64,000 nt of DNA, taken from an uncultured Bacilli bacterium. Its GTDB lineage: Bacteria; Bacillota_I; Bacilli_A; RF39; UBA660. The stretch spans positions 40,905 to 104,904 of the forward strand of contig CAKOTU010000002.1 in assembly GCA_934120265.1 (NCBI GenBank), in the 5' to 3' direction. Both the position numbers and the translations under genes were made by a program. The notes below the pieces were generated by a model, which saw nothing but the letters and a program-made list of their open reading frames with translations, was not told where the DNA came from and did no database searches. This document shows positions 19,924-29,728 of the stretch, piece by piece. Numbering within the stretch: position 1 is the first letter of the stretch; the number at the start of each line of letters is the position of its first letter.

Positions 19924-20359
19924 TATTTTTTTCTATTTCCTTTATTTCTTCAACTCGTTTTATATGTCTTTCTTCAGTTGAATTTGGAGTCTTTATAAAT
20001 GTTTCAACCATCTTTATAGCTGTTCTTTTAGATAATTTAGACGATAGCGCTATAACATTGGCATAATTATGTGATTTTGTTAATTCAGCTTCTTCTATCG
20101 TGTTTACTTTTCCACATATTATTCCATTTACTTTATTAGCAACAATACTCATTCCTATTCCTGTTCCACATATTAAAATCCCTAGTCCTTTTTCCTCTTT
20201 TACTTTTTCACACAATTTCAAAGCATATTCAGGATAATTAACTAAAGCTTCTGTATCTGTTCCTATATTTTCCACATCATAATTTTTTGATAATAAATAT
20301 TTTAATATTTGCTCTTTTAATTTTAAACCACGATGATCATTCCCAATTATTATTTTCAT
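19916..20359 (-). CDS. rpiB: Ribose-5-phosphate isomerase B
   Basis: MKIIIGNDHRGLKLKE, GILICGTGIGMSIVANK (RpiB/LacAB motifs). Confidence 0.85.
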   Translation of the reverse strand: MKIIIGNDHRGLKLKEQILKYLLSKNYDVENIGTDTEALVNYPEYALKLCEKVKEEKGLGILICGTGIGMSIVANKVNGIICGKVNTIEEAELTKSHNYANVIALSSKLSKRTAIKMVETFIKTPNSTEERHIKRVEEIKEIEKNNA

Positions 20360-20421
20360 CTTACCACTCTCCTTCTTTATTATACTATAAAATTCATAAG
20401 AAAAACATCTCTTTTGAGATG

Positions 20422-21876
20422 TTATCTAAATAATGTCCATGGATTAACTCGAACGCCTCGGTATGCAGGACCGCCGTACCATACAGCAAAATGTAAATGT
20501 GGACCTGTAGCTTGACCTGTCATACCTACATATCCTATTACTTGACCTTTTTCTACATAATCACCTACTGAAAGTGACTCAAATCTACTCATATGATTAT
20601 ACTGAGTATAGTAACCATTGTTATGATTGATTACAATATAATTTCCAGCAGTTGAAGTATAAGACTTAGTTACTATAACACCACTATTTGATGCATAAAC
20701 ATTAGAACCATAACCAGTACCAGCAATATCTAGTGCGCCATGAAGCTCACGGGCTCCAGTAACTGGATTAATACGATATGAATATCCAGATGAAATTGTC
20801 CATCCACTATCTGTAGGCCACAACCATGTAGAACTACCTATACCATAAGTTCGCTTTCCACCTTTTACAACAATTTTATCAATAGCTGGCTTTAAAGACT
20901 CTTTAGATAGCTGTTTTACATAAACTGTTGTTCCATTAGTAATTTTGACGTCTTGTTTAATTCTAAGCAGACCATTTTCTCCTTGTTGTGTAACTTTTGT
21001 AACTCCATAATTTAAAGTTTCATCAACTTCTTCTATTGTTTTATATGAATCTACTAAATCCTCGATTACTTGTTGTTCAACAGTTACCTTTATTTGTGGA
21101 TCCAAGATTCCTATTACAAGTTCTAAACCAGGATATAACAATGCATTAGAATTTTTAAACTGTGGATTGGAAATTAATAATTCCTCTACACTAATTTCAT
21201 TGTCAAAAGCAACTTGTTCCATTGTATCGCCTAAATTTACAACATATTTTTTTTGTTGCTCTGTTGTGCCAAAAAGCAAATATTTGGTAAGTTCCTCTGC
21301 AGATGTATATATTTTTTCAGTAGTAGGAATATAAGCTTCCTTTATAGTCATTTCATTTTCAATATAAATATTATTTATGTAAGTACCTACATCCTTTATT
21401 TGAGACTGACTTTTATTTATGTAATTATTATAATTGTCTGTTCCAACAAAGGTCTTTATGGCATTCTCTAGTGATTCTTTATAAATTTTATCATCTAAAA
21501 CGTATATTACTTGACTTTCTTCATTATTATAAACTGTTAGTTGATAGCCTTTAACTGTAAATGGTTTCTTACTTTGAATTAAATTATATATATCACTTAT
21601 ATCATCTAATTTCTCAGCATAACTAACAATTTTTTTTACTTCTAGGCCATTAGGAGCATAAACTTCATCTATGTTATATTTTTGTTTTATATACTCTTCT
21701 GTATTACTTATATATCTCTCTAATTGTTTTTTTGATTTTATATTACCAATTAGTTCCCCATCTAAAGTTACTTGATAATATGTATATGGTTGAGAATTTT
21801 TTTTTGTTGAAAGTCCTAAAAAGACAGTAATACTTGAAAGTATCAAAATAAAAATAACAAAAAAAGCTTTCTTCAT
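20422..21876 (-). CDS. Secreted LysM-domain M23 metallopeptidase
   Basis: Signal/TM N-terminus, a central LysM-like segment (YVVNLGDTMEQVAFDNEISVEELLISNP) and a C-terminal M23 domain (HGALDIAG...GPHLHFAV). Confidence 0.75.
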   Translation of the reverse strand: MKKAFFVIFILILSSITVFLGLSTKKNSQPYTYYQVTLDGELIGNIKSKKQLERYISNTEEYIKQKYNIDEVYAPNGLEVKKIVSYAEKLDDISDIYNLIQSKKPFTVKGYQLTVYNNEESQVIYVLDDKIYKESLENAIKTFVGTDNYNNYINKSQSQIKDVGTYINNIYIENEMTIKEAYIPTTEKIYTSAEELTKYLLFGTTEQQKKYVVNLGDTMEQVAFDNEISVEELLISNPQFKNSNALLYPGLELVIGILDPQIKVTVEQQVIEDLVDSYKTIEEVDETLNYGVTKVTQQGENGLLRIKQDVKITNGTTVYVKQLSKESLKPAIDKIVVKGGKRTYGIGSSTWLWPTDSGWTISSGYSYRINPVTGARELHGALDIAGTGYGSNVYASNSGVIVTKSYTSTAGNYIVINHNNGYYTQYNHMSRFESLSVGDYVEKGQVIGYVGMTGQATGPHLHFAVWYGGPAYRGVRVNPWTLFR

Positions 21877-21941
21877 ATTATCTACCTCGCATAGTTAGTA
21901 TACCATAAAACAAAAAAAGAAGCAAAAGTTATAATAACTTT

Positions 21942-23573
21942 CTACTTGCTTTTAAAAAACTTATTTTTTAGTTTTAAAATAACGCCATCTCCAAAAACAT
22001 CTTTTATAATCCCCATTTTCCAAGTAAAAAATATGTAAATTGTAGCACCTATTAAAGAATAGATAATAACATTCAATAAAGAAAGCATTCTTGTTGTGTT
22101 AGGTATATTAATTATTAATCTTAAAATATATAAGAAGCCAAGCATAAGAGCAATATTTAATACAATTTTTAATAAGATATCAAATGTTTCCTTATAACTA
22201 AATTTATACTTTTTCTTTAATAAAGATAACACAATAATAGTAGTTAGTAACTCTACTAATGCATTTGTTATTGTTGGACCAAAGTAAGAATCTATACCAC
22301 AATATTTAACAATATACATCATAGGAATATTTAGTAAAGCCTTCGCCAAAAAGCTGCCTAAAAGAGAACCTAAAGCTATTTTTGTTTCACTCATGGATTG
22401 CGCCAAATTTATTACTGTCGTATATAAACTAAAAAATACAACTTGAAGAATAAATATTCTAAAGATGCTAATGCTTAAAGCACTATAACCATAGAAAACA
22501 TTCCAGATTGGTGTTGCTAAAAAACTAATACCAAAGGCCATCGGTAAAGTGGTATATAATAAAATTTTTAAACTTTGGTTAATTTTAGTATTTACATCAT
22601 TGTAGTCCTTTTTTGCCATACTACTTGCTATATTAGGTACCAAACTAATTGTTAAACCTAATGATACAGATATTACTATCATATTAAGCTTAGTTCCCCA
22701 AGTTGCCATTACTCCAAATGCTGTTTCAGCAGTATTTATATCATATCCAATATTTACCAAAGTTCTAACTACTGTCACAGAATCTACAATACCATAAGCA
22801 GATTTTAACAAATCTATTATAACAAAAGGTAAAGCATAAAATATTACTTGTTTTAATAAATATTTTTTATCAAATTTCTTCTCTTCTTCTTTTAATTCGT
22901 ATACTGTCTTGTCTTTATAATTTTTATATTTAAGTTTTAAAAATATATATGAAGTAAGTGCACCTAAAGAAGCACCCAAAATTGCAACATATACTGCACA
23001 CTCAATTGATAAATTGAAAACTCGAACAGTAACATAGCTTCCTGCCACTATTACTATTACTCGTACTAATTGCTCAATAACTTCTGCAATACTAGTAGGT
23101 GTAATATATTTATGTCCCTGTAAATATCCTCTCATTAAACTTAATCTAGGAACGATCAATAACGCAAGGGATACTAATCTTATTGCTATAGTTACTTGTT
23201 CAACCGTATTTCCACCTGTAATATTACCAATTATAACTTTGGCAATAGAACTAGAAAATATAAATAACACTAAGAAAGATATAAAACCTATTGTATTAAT
23301 TAACTTAGATGATATTTTATAAATTTTTTCCTTAGTATTTTTATATCCTAACTCGTCATATTCACTAACAATTTTAGAAATTGCTGTAGGAATACCGGAA
23401 ATAGATAAACTTAAGAATATTGAATATATAGAATATGCATAACTATATAAAGCTCCACCCTTAGTACCAATAATATTATAAAAAGGAATTACATATATAA
23501 GTCCCAATATTTTACATAATACTATGCCTAATGTAGCAATCATCATTCCTTCAACAAAATTATTTTTTTTCAT
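21942..23573 (-). CDS. MOP-superfamily flippase (MurJ/SpoVB/YtgP-like polysaccharide-lipid II exporter)
   Basis: 543 aa with ~14 TM helices. The N-terminus MMIATLGIVLCKILGLIYVIPFYNIIG is typical of the SpoVB/MurJ family. Confidence 0.7.
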   Translation of the reverse strand: MKKNNFVEGMMIATLGIVLCKILGLIYVIPFYNIIGTKGGALYSYAYSIYSIFLSLSISGIPTAISKIVSEYDELGYKNTKEKIYKISSKLINTIGFISFLVLFIFSSSIAKVIIGNITGGNTVEQVTIAIRLVSLALLIVPRLSLMRGYLQGHKYITPTSIAEVIEQLVRVIVIVAGSYVTVRVFNLSIECAVYVAILGASLGALTSYIFLKLKYKNYKDKTVYELKEEEKKFDKKYLLKQVIFYALPFVIIDLLKSAYGIVDSVTVVRTLVNIGYDINTAETAFGVMATWGTKLNMIVISVSLGLTISLVPNIASSMAKKDYNDVNTKINQSLKILLYTTLPMAFGISFLATPIWNVFYGYSALSISIFRIFILQVVFFSLYTTVINLAQSMSETKIALGSLLGSFLAKALLNIPMMYIVKYCGIDSYFGPTITNALVELLTTIIVLSLLKKKYKFSYKETFDILLKIVLNIALMLGFLYILRLIINIPNTTRMLSLLNVIIYSLIGATIYIFFTWKMGIIKDVFGDGVILKLKNKFFKSK

Positions 23574-23623
23574 ATTTCACCTCTTTAGAATATAAACGAG
23601 TAACTAGTACTCGTTTATGTCCG

Positions 23624-24865
23624 TTAATATTTAGTAGTTCTATTATAGAAAGTATTTCCACCAGAAGGGAAATTAACAATATTTCTTGGATTGTATGTTT
23701 TTGACACAAATGTATTCCAACTTGTATAATCTTTCAAATACCAACCGTCTGCAACCATAAAATGCAAGTGAGCTCCCGTTGAACAACCATCCCAAGTTTC
23801 TATAGATGGATCTCCACCCATTACTGCTATTTGAGTATCTTTCGTAACAGTATCTCCAATAGAAACCAAAATTCTTCTTAAATGTACATAGGCAGTGGTA
23901 TATTTTTTGCCATTTATAGTGTGATTAATATATATTTTATTTCCTCCGCAACTTGCTTTGGTAACAATTCCAACGACTTTTCCAGCTGCTGCCGCATAAA
24001 CAGGAACGTTGCTATTTGGGTAAGTTGTAATATCTAGACCTGTATGAAAATCTGTAACTTTTTTTCCACCTAAATAATATGTTCTATATCCATATTCACT
24101 ACTTCTATGGCCTGTAACTAAAGGCCTCCAAAAAGAAGTATCCGCTGGTAATTTATCAGCTGTACAAACGGAAATTTCATCACTATCTTTACATTTATAT
24201 TGCTGCTCATATAATCGAATTGCTTCTTGTTTTACTTTTATGTCTTCCTCTATATCTACTGTTAAATCTATAATTCCTGTTAATTTGTCGCCTAGTGAAT
24301 CCAATTGTTGATTTAATTCACCTTGTTTTTTAACTAAATCAGCTTCCATGTTTTGTAATTCTTTTTGTTTCTTTTTACTTTCTTCTATTAATCTATTATG
24401 TTCATCAACTAGATCTTTGTTATATTTTGTTAATTGTTCTGAAATTGCTAATCTATAAATAAAATCTGTATAAGTTGTGGCACTGAAAATATATTCTAAA
24501 TAAACAGATTCACCATTTGCTTGCTGATAAAATCTTACTATGTCTTTGATTTCTTCTTCTCTTTTAACAATATCTTCTTTTAATTGTTCTATCTGTACTC
24601 CAAGTTCAACAACCGTATTTTGATTATCTTCTATTTGTTTATATATTGAACTAATATTACTCTTTATATTACTAATTTGTTTTTCAGTAAGTTCTTTTTG
24701 ATTTTTTGTATTATTAAATTCTTCAATTTGTTTATTTAACTCTGCCTTTAGATCTCCTAATGTTTTGGCATGAATTCTATCAAATGGTATAAATAAGCAT
24801 GTGCAAAATAATACTAATGATAAAACCAAATTTAGTAATTTTTTTAAAATCTTCATTTGAACCAC
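23624..24865 (-). CDS. Coiled-coil M23 peptidase (EnvC/FtsEX-type murein hydrolase candidate)
   Basis: Signal/TM, ~200-aa heptad-rich coiled coil (E/K/Q-rich) and a C-terminal M23 domain (HTGLDIT...GAHLHFMV). Confidence 0.75.
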   Translation of the reverse strand: MVQMKILKKLLNLVLSLVLFCTCLFIPFDRIHAKTLGDLKAELNKQIEEFNNTKNQKELTEKQISNIKSNISSIYKQIEDNQNTVVELGVQIEQLKEDIVKREEEIKDIVRFYQQANGESVYLEYIFSATTYTDFIYRLAISEQLTKYNKDLVDEHNRLIEESKKKQKELQNMEADLVKKQGELNQQLDSLGDKLTGIIDLTVDIEEDIKVKQEAIRLYEQQYKCKDSDEISVCTADKLPADTSFWRPLVTGHRSSEYGYRTYYLGGKKVTDFHTGLDITTYPNSNVPVYAAAAGKVVGIVTKASCGGNKIYINHTINGKKYTTAYVHLRRILVSIGDTVTKDTQIAVMGGDPSIETWDGCSTGAHLHFMVADGWYLKDYTSWNTFVSKTYNPRNIVNFPSGGNTFYNRTTKY

Positions 24866-24896
24866 CTCTATCTAATACAAATATTATATCATATTT

Positions 24897-26138
24897 CTAT
24901 TTAAATTTATCAATAATTTTATGTAGGCAATATTTACCAGGACTTGTAACTAAATCAAAATCGCCTATATATTCAACTACAGTACCACCAAAGCCTTTTT
25001 TAAATGTATAAACTCCAAACCTATCATCATCTTTACTAAAATTACCATTAATGCCGTAAAAATTATGAAGCTTATAATCTTTTTTTATTCCATATTGAAT
25101 GATATGCCACTGCAACAAATATTGAGATTTTAATGTCATAAATTCACTTTTAGTACCACTGTACAAGTAAACACTTTCATCTCCATAAAGCATAAACATT
25201 GCACCAGCCATCATTAATGTTTTTCCATATTTTAACTTTTGTTCTTGAGCCTCTTTTATTCTTGATTCAAGTACTTCTATTTGACTTGAAAATTCGGCTT
25301 TTCTTGCCTTAGTAGAAACAGAATCACTCAACTTATCTTTCTTTTTAATGATTTCTGTTTTTTCTTTACTTAACTCCTCAATATATTGATCAACATCTAG
25401 TTCTGTAACTAAAAATTTAACTTGCTCTTTTGGATGAAAAAGATTATACATTTTTTGATAGTACTCTGTTTTTCTACTATGAAAATTTTTTCTGCTACCG
25501 CTACTTTCTACTATCTCTGTAAATTTTTCTAATTCATCATAAGCTAGCTCTCTAACGCTAACGCCATTTTTTAAATTTTTTCTTATAGTATTTCTGGTAT
25601 TTGGCTTAAATTTACTAAATACCTCCTCCTCTGTTTGATTTGAGATATCAAGTACAAAAGCCCATCTGACCTGCTTATTTAAATCCAAATGTTCATAAAA
25701 GCCACCATGTTTATATCCAAGATTAATCAAATTATCATATATATCAGAATTATCAAAGCCATTTGGTACTAAATTACCATCTATATCTCTTTCTTTATAA
25801 TAAATTTTTGGTTCTATTTTTAAAACATATCCGCCCTTACTTTTTACATATTTTTTAATTTTCTTAGTAAAAAACTCTAATAAGTCTTTGTTTCTAAAAT
25901 CTATCAAATAACCTCTTGGAGCATTAAAAAACTTACCCATTCTACCATTATATGATATCATCATAGTTGCGCATATTATCTCATTATTTTCCTTTACACC
26001 AACAAAGTATTTTTCCCAACCATCCATAACCTTCAGTTCACCCATCTCTGGTGTTTGTAAATATGATCTTAAGGGATGATTATCTGCAAAACTTCTAAAT
26101 TCTTCTTGAGTTAACTCAACAAATTTCATTATTATCAC
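24897..26138 (-). CDS. FemAB-family aminoacyl-tRNA-dependent peptidoglycan cross-bridge transferase
   Basis: 413 aa. GNAT-like Fem halves separated by the coiled-coil insertion typical of FemA/FemB/FmhB (KEKTEIIKKKDKLSDSVSTKARKAEF...). C-terminal FKKGFGG motif. Confidence 0.8.
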   Translation of the reverse strand: MIIMKFVELTQEEFRSFADNHPLRSYLQTPEMGELKVMDGWEKYFVGVKENNEIICATMMISYNGRMGKFFNAPRGYLIDFRNKDLLEFFTKKIKKYVKSKGGYVLKIEPKIYYKERDIDGNLVPNGFDNSDIYDNLINLGYKHGGFYEHLDLNKQVRWAFVLDISNQTEEEVFSKFKPNTRNTIRKNLKNGVSVRELAYDELEKFTEIVESSGSRKNFHSRKTEYYQKMYNLFHPKEQVKFLVTELDVDQYIEELSKEKTEIIKKKDKLSDSVSTKARKAEFSSQIEVLESRIKEAQEQKLKYGKTLMMAGAMFMLYGDESVYLYSGTKSEFMTLKSQYLLQWHIIQYGIKKDYKLHNFYGINGNFSKDDDRFGVYTFKKGFGGTVVEYIGDFDLVTSPGKYCLHKIIDKFK

Positions 26139-26182
26139 CTATATACATCATACTACAAAATTTATTTTTATTAAAGGACTTT

Positions 26183-26208
26183 TTGAAAATAGTATATTGT
26201 GCTATAAT
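26183..26208 (+). promoter_or_regulatory. Promoter with extended -10 (TGcTATAAT) for the alr/ATP-grasp operon
   Basis: TTGAAA at 26183-26188, a 14-nt spacer, TG at 26200-26201 and TATAAT at 26203-26208. The track ORF start at 26197 falls inside this promoter. Confidence 0.4.
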
Positions 26209-26229
26209 AAAGCAGAGGATGATTTTTTT

Positions 26230-27423
26230 ATGTATAGAAACACTTATTTAGAAATAAATTTAGATAATATTAAAAAAAATACGCATAATTTATTACAAAA
26301 ATACAATGACTACGATTATTATTTTGGTGTCGTAAAAGGTAATGCCTACGGTCATGGATTTTACATTATTAATACATTAATAGAAGCAGGTATAAATTAT
26401 TTAGCTGTCTCAAATTTAGATGAAGCTCTAAAGATTAGAAAAATTAATAAGGAAATACCAATTTTATGCTTAGAGCCTATCAATTTAAAATGGTTAGAAA
26501 TTTGTTCTAAAGAAAATATAACTATAACTGTTTCTTCCTTAGATTATGTCAAAAAAATTAATGAGTTTCAAAATAGTATTAAAATACACATTAAAATTGA
26601 TAGTGGAATGAATAGATTAGGTTTTGATAACAAGAAAGATTTGGAAGAAGCTATTAATTTAATAAAGGAAAATAGTAATCTCTACCTTGAAGGAATTTAT
26701 ACTCATATGGGTACACTTGGAATAAATGATCCTTATAGAAAAAAGCAACTAACAAGTTTCGAAGATATAACAAGTAATATCAATCTTGCAGAGTTTAAAA
26801 TTGTTCATATTGACAGAAGCGTTACTGCAATGTGTAACAAAAAAATAGATTACTGCAACGGGGTTAGAATGGGAATATCTCTTTACGGTTACAATCAATT
26901 ACCTATTATAAATAACACTTTAAAAGATAAACTTAGAAATATAAAAAGATGGTTGCAAAGAAAAAAATATCATATTGAAAATTATGAATTCGATAGAAAT
27001 ATAGATTTAACCCCTGCATTAAGTTTATATAGTGAAGTTATAGAAATTAAAACTGTTCATAATGGAGAGTTTGTTGGGTATTTTGGCTATCTACACCAAG
27101 GAGAGGATATTACTGTTGCAACCGTTTGCATCGGGTATGCAGATGGACTAGATTTAAAATCAAATGGAGCGTATGTTTCAATAAAAAACAAAAAGTATAA
27201 AATAATTGGAACTATAAACATGGGAATGATTTCTGTAGTAGTTGATAAAAATATTATGGTTGGAGATAAAGTGGCTATAATAAGTAATGACAATGGTATT
27301 AGAGAGTTAAGCAGCTGCAATGAAACTACAATATATAAAACGATGACATGCTTATCACCACTACTCCCAAGGGTATATATTAAAAATAATAAAGTAGAAA
27401 AAATTGAGGAGATGTCTTTATGA
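26230..27423 (+). CDS. alr: Alanine-racemase-family PLP enzyme (fold type III)
   Basis: Start MYRNTYLEINLDNIKKN matches the Alr N-terminus. PLP-lysine motif VVKGNAYGHG. RBS agaggatga. C-terminal beta domain present. Confidence 0.8.
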   Translation: MYRNTYLEINLDNIKKNTHNLLQKYNDYDYYFGVVKGNAYGHGFYIINTLIEAGINYLAVSNLDEALKIRKINKEIPILCLEPINLKWLEICSKENITITVSSLDYVKKINEFQNSIKIHIKIDSGMNRLGFDNKKDLEEAINLIKENSNLYLEGIYTHMGTLGINDPYRKKQLTSFEDITSNINLAEFKIVHIDRSVTAMCNKKIDYCNGVRMGISLYGYNQLPIINNTLKDKLRNIKRWLQRKKYHIENYEFDRNIDLTPALSLYSEVIEIKTVHNGEFVGYFGYLHQGEDITVATVCIGYADGLDLKSNGAYVSIKNKKYKIIGTINMGMISVVVDKNIMVGDKVAIISNDNGIRELSSCNETTIYKTMTCLSPLLPRVYIKNNKVEKIEEMSL

Positions 27424-28643
27424 AATTTAAAACTTTAATAATTGGTTCTGATATTAATGCCTATTATATGGCACGTTGCTATCACGAAGAATATAATGAT
27501 AAAGCTCATTTAATCGCTAAAGAACCTATGAATTTCACAAATTTAAGTACTATACTAACAATAGAATATCATCATAATCTTTGGGAAAAAGAGGCTTTCT
27601 TAGAAGCTGTTAATGATTACGCTGAGAAGTATAAAGATTATAAAATTCTTATTATACCGAGCAATGATTTCTATGTAAGATTAATCGTTGAAAATAAAAA
27701 AAATTTAAGAAAAAATCTCGTTTTCCATGATTTAGACATAGATTTACTAAATAATCTTTTAATAAAAGATAACTTTTACAGTTTTTTCAAAGATTCAGGA
27801 TTAGAATTCCCAAAAACATACATATATGATTGTTCATTAAAAAATAAATTAACCAAAGAAAATATAAAAGATTTCAAATTTCCAATAATTATTAAACCGG
27901 GAGATGGAGTTGCTTATTATAAGGCAAAGTTTGAGGGACAATCCAAGGTATATAAGGTTAATAGTTTAAAAGAAATCCAAGATATTATTTCAAAAATAAC
28001 AAATGCAGGATATAAAAAGAAGCTCATTATACAAGAGTTTATTCCTGGAGGAGATGATAAACTTTTTGATTCTATATTCTATAGTAACAAAAATCATAAG
28101 GCTGAATTAGCATCTTTTGCTCAAATTGGTCTTCAAGAACATACCCATACTGGTATCGGAAACTGTACCGTTTTAGTTAATGGTTTTTGTGAATTTGGCA
28201 ATTATGAAAATGAAATTTATAAAATGAAAGAGTTTTTAGAGAATAACAATTATTGTGGTTTTGCCGAATTCGATTTAAAATATGATGAAAGAGATAAAAA
28301 GTTTAAAGTTTTTGAAATAAACCCACGTCAAGCAAGAAGTAGTTACTACTTATGTGCCTGTGGATACAATCTAGTTAAATACTTAGTAGATGATTTAATT
28401 AAAAACGAACAAAAAGACTTTGTTATCATAAAGAAAGAGTATGCGCTTAGCTTTGTTCCTACATTTGTTATAAAAAAATATATAAAAAATGATAAACTTA
28501 AAAAAGAAGTATTAAAATTAAAGAAAAGCAAAAATTTTGTAGATCCTCTAAACTATAAACAAGATAAAAATTTAAAAAGAAAAGCTTGGTTATTTATAAG
28601 AAAAATTAATTATATAAAAAAATATAAAAATAATCAGTGGTAA
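27420..28643 (+). CDS. ATP-grasp carboxylate-amine ligase of unknown specificity (D-amino-acid/peptidoglycan branch ligase candidate)
   Basis: ATP-grasp core (FPIIIKPGDGVAYYKAKF, LIIQEFIPGGDD, EFDLKYD...FKVFEINPR). Start ATG overlaps the alr stop (ATGA), implying translational coupling. Confidence 0.7.
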   Translation: MKFKTLIIGSDINAYYMARCYHEEYNDKAHLIAKEPMNFTNLSTILTIEYHHNLWEKEAFLEAVNDYAEKYKDYKILIIPSNDFYVRLIVENKKNLRKNLVFHDLDIDLLNNLLIKDNFYSFFKDSGLEFPKTYIYDCSLKNKLTKENIKDFKFPIIIKPGDGVAYYKAKFEGQSKVYKVNSLKEIQDIISKITNAGYKKKLIIQEFIPGGDDKLFDSIFYSNKNHKAELASFAQIGLQEHTHTGIGNCTVLVNGFCEFGNYENEIYKMKEFLENNNYCGFAEFDLKYDERDKKFKVFEINPRQARSSYYLCACGYNLVKYLVDDLIKNEQKDFVIIKKEYALSFVPTFVIKKYIKNDKLKKEVLKLKKSKNFVDPLNYKQDKNLKRKAWLFIRKINYIKKYKNNQW

Positions 28644-28647
28644 AAAA

Positions 28648-28672
28648 ATAAGAGCTAAATAATAGCTCTTAT
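28648..28672. terminator. Bidirectional intrinsic terminator between the ATP-grasp gene and rpmE
   Basis: ataagagcta-aat-aatagctcttat (10-bp stem) followed by ttttc. Overlaps the rpmE stop. Confidence 0.5.
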
Positions 28673-28878
28673 TTTTCTTGGTTTAAACCATATTTACGGT
28701 TGAATTTTTCAACTCTACCAGTTTTTGCAGCTTTTCCTTGAACACCTGTAAAAAATGGATGACATTTATCACAAACTTCTAAATGTAAAGAAGGTTTATT
28801 TGATTTTACTGTGAATTTGTTTCCACAAGCACAAGTTACTTCTGTTTCTACATAATTTGGATGTATTCCTTTTTTCAT
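28669..28878 (-). CDS. rpmE: 50S ribosomal protein L31
   Basis: MKKGIHPNY...CxC...[10 protein letters not shown] is a canonical L31 with a Zn ribbon. The internal start at 28878 has RBS aggagata. The longer ORF-track start adds a non-conserved 10 aa. Confidence 0.9.
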   Translation of the reverse strand: MKKGIHPNYVETEVTCACGNKFTVKSNKPSLHLEVCDKCHPFFTGVQGKAAKTGRVEKFNRKYGLNQEK

Positions 28879-28957
28879 AGTTATCTCCTTCCGCCATAGC
28901 AATTTCATGCCATAGAAATTTAATACTCATATAGTATAACAAGTTTTTTTTATAAAA

Positions 28958-29671
28958 TCAACCATTTTTTAAAACTGTTTCATTAATTGTAATAATTATT
29001 TGATCAGAAATATACTTATATCCCTTAAGTGAGGGGAAAATATTACCATTAGAAGAAAGATAAGAAGGATTTTCTAAAAATGGATTATATATATCTATAT
29101 ATTTCATGTTATATTTATTTGCTAATTCCTTATATCTTTCATTATAATATGAAAATAAATCTACTAAACCCGACTGATAAGCTTGGTATGGATAGTAAAC
29201 TCCTATTACAAAAATATCTTCTTTGCAATATTCTCTTGTTAAGCTAAATAATTTATCAAGATCTATTAATAAATTATCTATATAATTATATTGATTTAAA
29301 TTATTTGTCTTTGATGATAATAATTTATTATTTATTTCATTCATACCAATAAACATAGTTACCAAATCAGCTTTTATTAAAGTATTTTTTAAAGTTATAT
29401 TTTTATTATTAACTGTTATCTTTTTATTTTCTCTAATGTCATTTGCTAAATCATTAATAAGATAATCATTCTTAGAAAATTCAACTATAGCTCTTTCTAA
29501 CTTATTATTTAACGATAAATAATTAATGACTGATTCATTATAATCGCCATTTTCATCACTAAATTCATTATAAGATTCCAAAGACAGATAATAAACTTTA
29601 TTATCTATGTTAAATAAATATATTAAAAAAACTGCAACAAAAACAATCAAAATTAATAAAATTTTTTTCAT
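28958..29671 (-). CDS. Membrane-anchored hypothetical protein (possible SGNH/GDSL-like hydrolase fold)
   Basis: N-terminal TM (ILLILIVFVAVFLIYLF). Rest is N/Y-rich with no firm motifs. Confidence 0.4.
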   Translation of the reverse strand: MKKILLILIVFVAVFLIYLFNIDNKVYYLSLESYNEFSDENGDYNESVINYLSLNNKLERAIVEFSKNDYLINDLANDIRENKKITVNNKNITLKNTLIKADLVTMFIGMNEINNKLLSSKTNNLNQYNYIDNLLIDLDKLFSLTREYCKEDIFVIGVYYPYQAYQSGLVDLFSYYNERYKELANKYNMKYIDIYNPFLENPSYLSSNGNIFPSLKGYKYISDQIIITINETVLKNG

Positions 29672-29728
29672 TTTACCTCCAAAAAAAGTAGGGTTAATCC
29701 TACTTAATTATATTAAAATTCTATTAAT

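Noticed and set aside
26197-26229. Longer start for the alanine racemase (MCYNKAEDDFFM...)
   Set aside because: The first 33 nt overlap the -10 element (TGcTATAAT) of the operon promoter. The downstream ATG at 26230 has a proper RBS and matches the conserved Alr N-terminus.
28879-28908. Ten extra N-terminal codons on rpmE ([10 protein letters not shown])
   Set aside because: L31 universally begins MKKGIHP. The internal ATG has a good RBS and the extension is not conserved.
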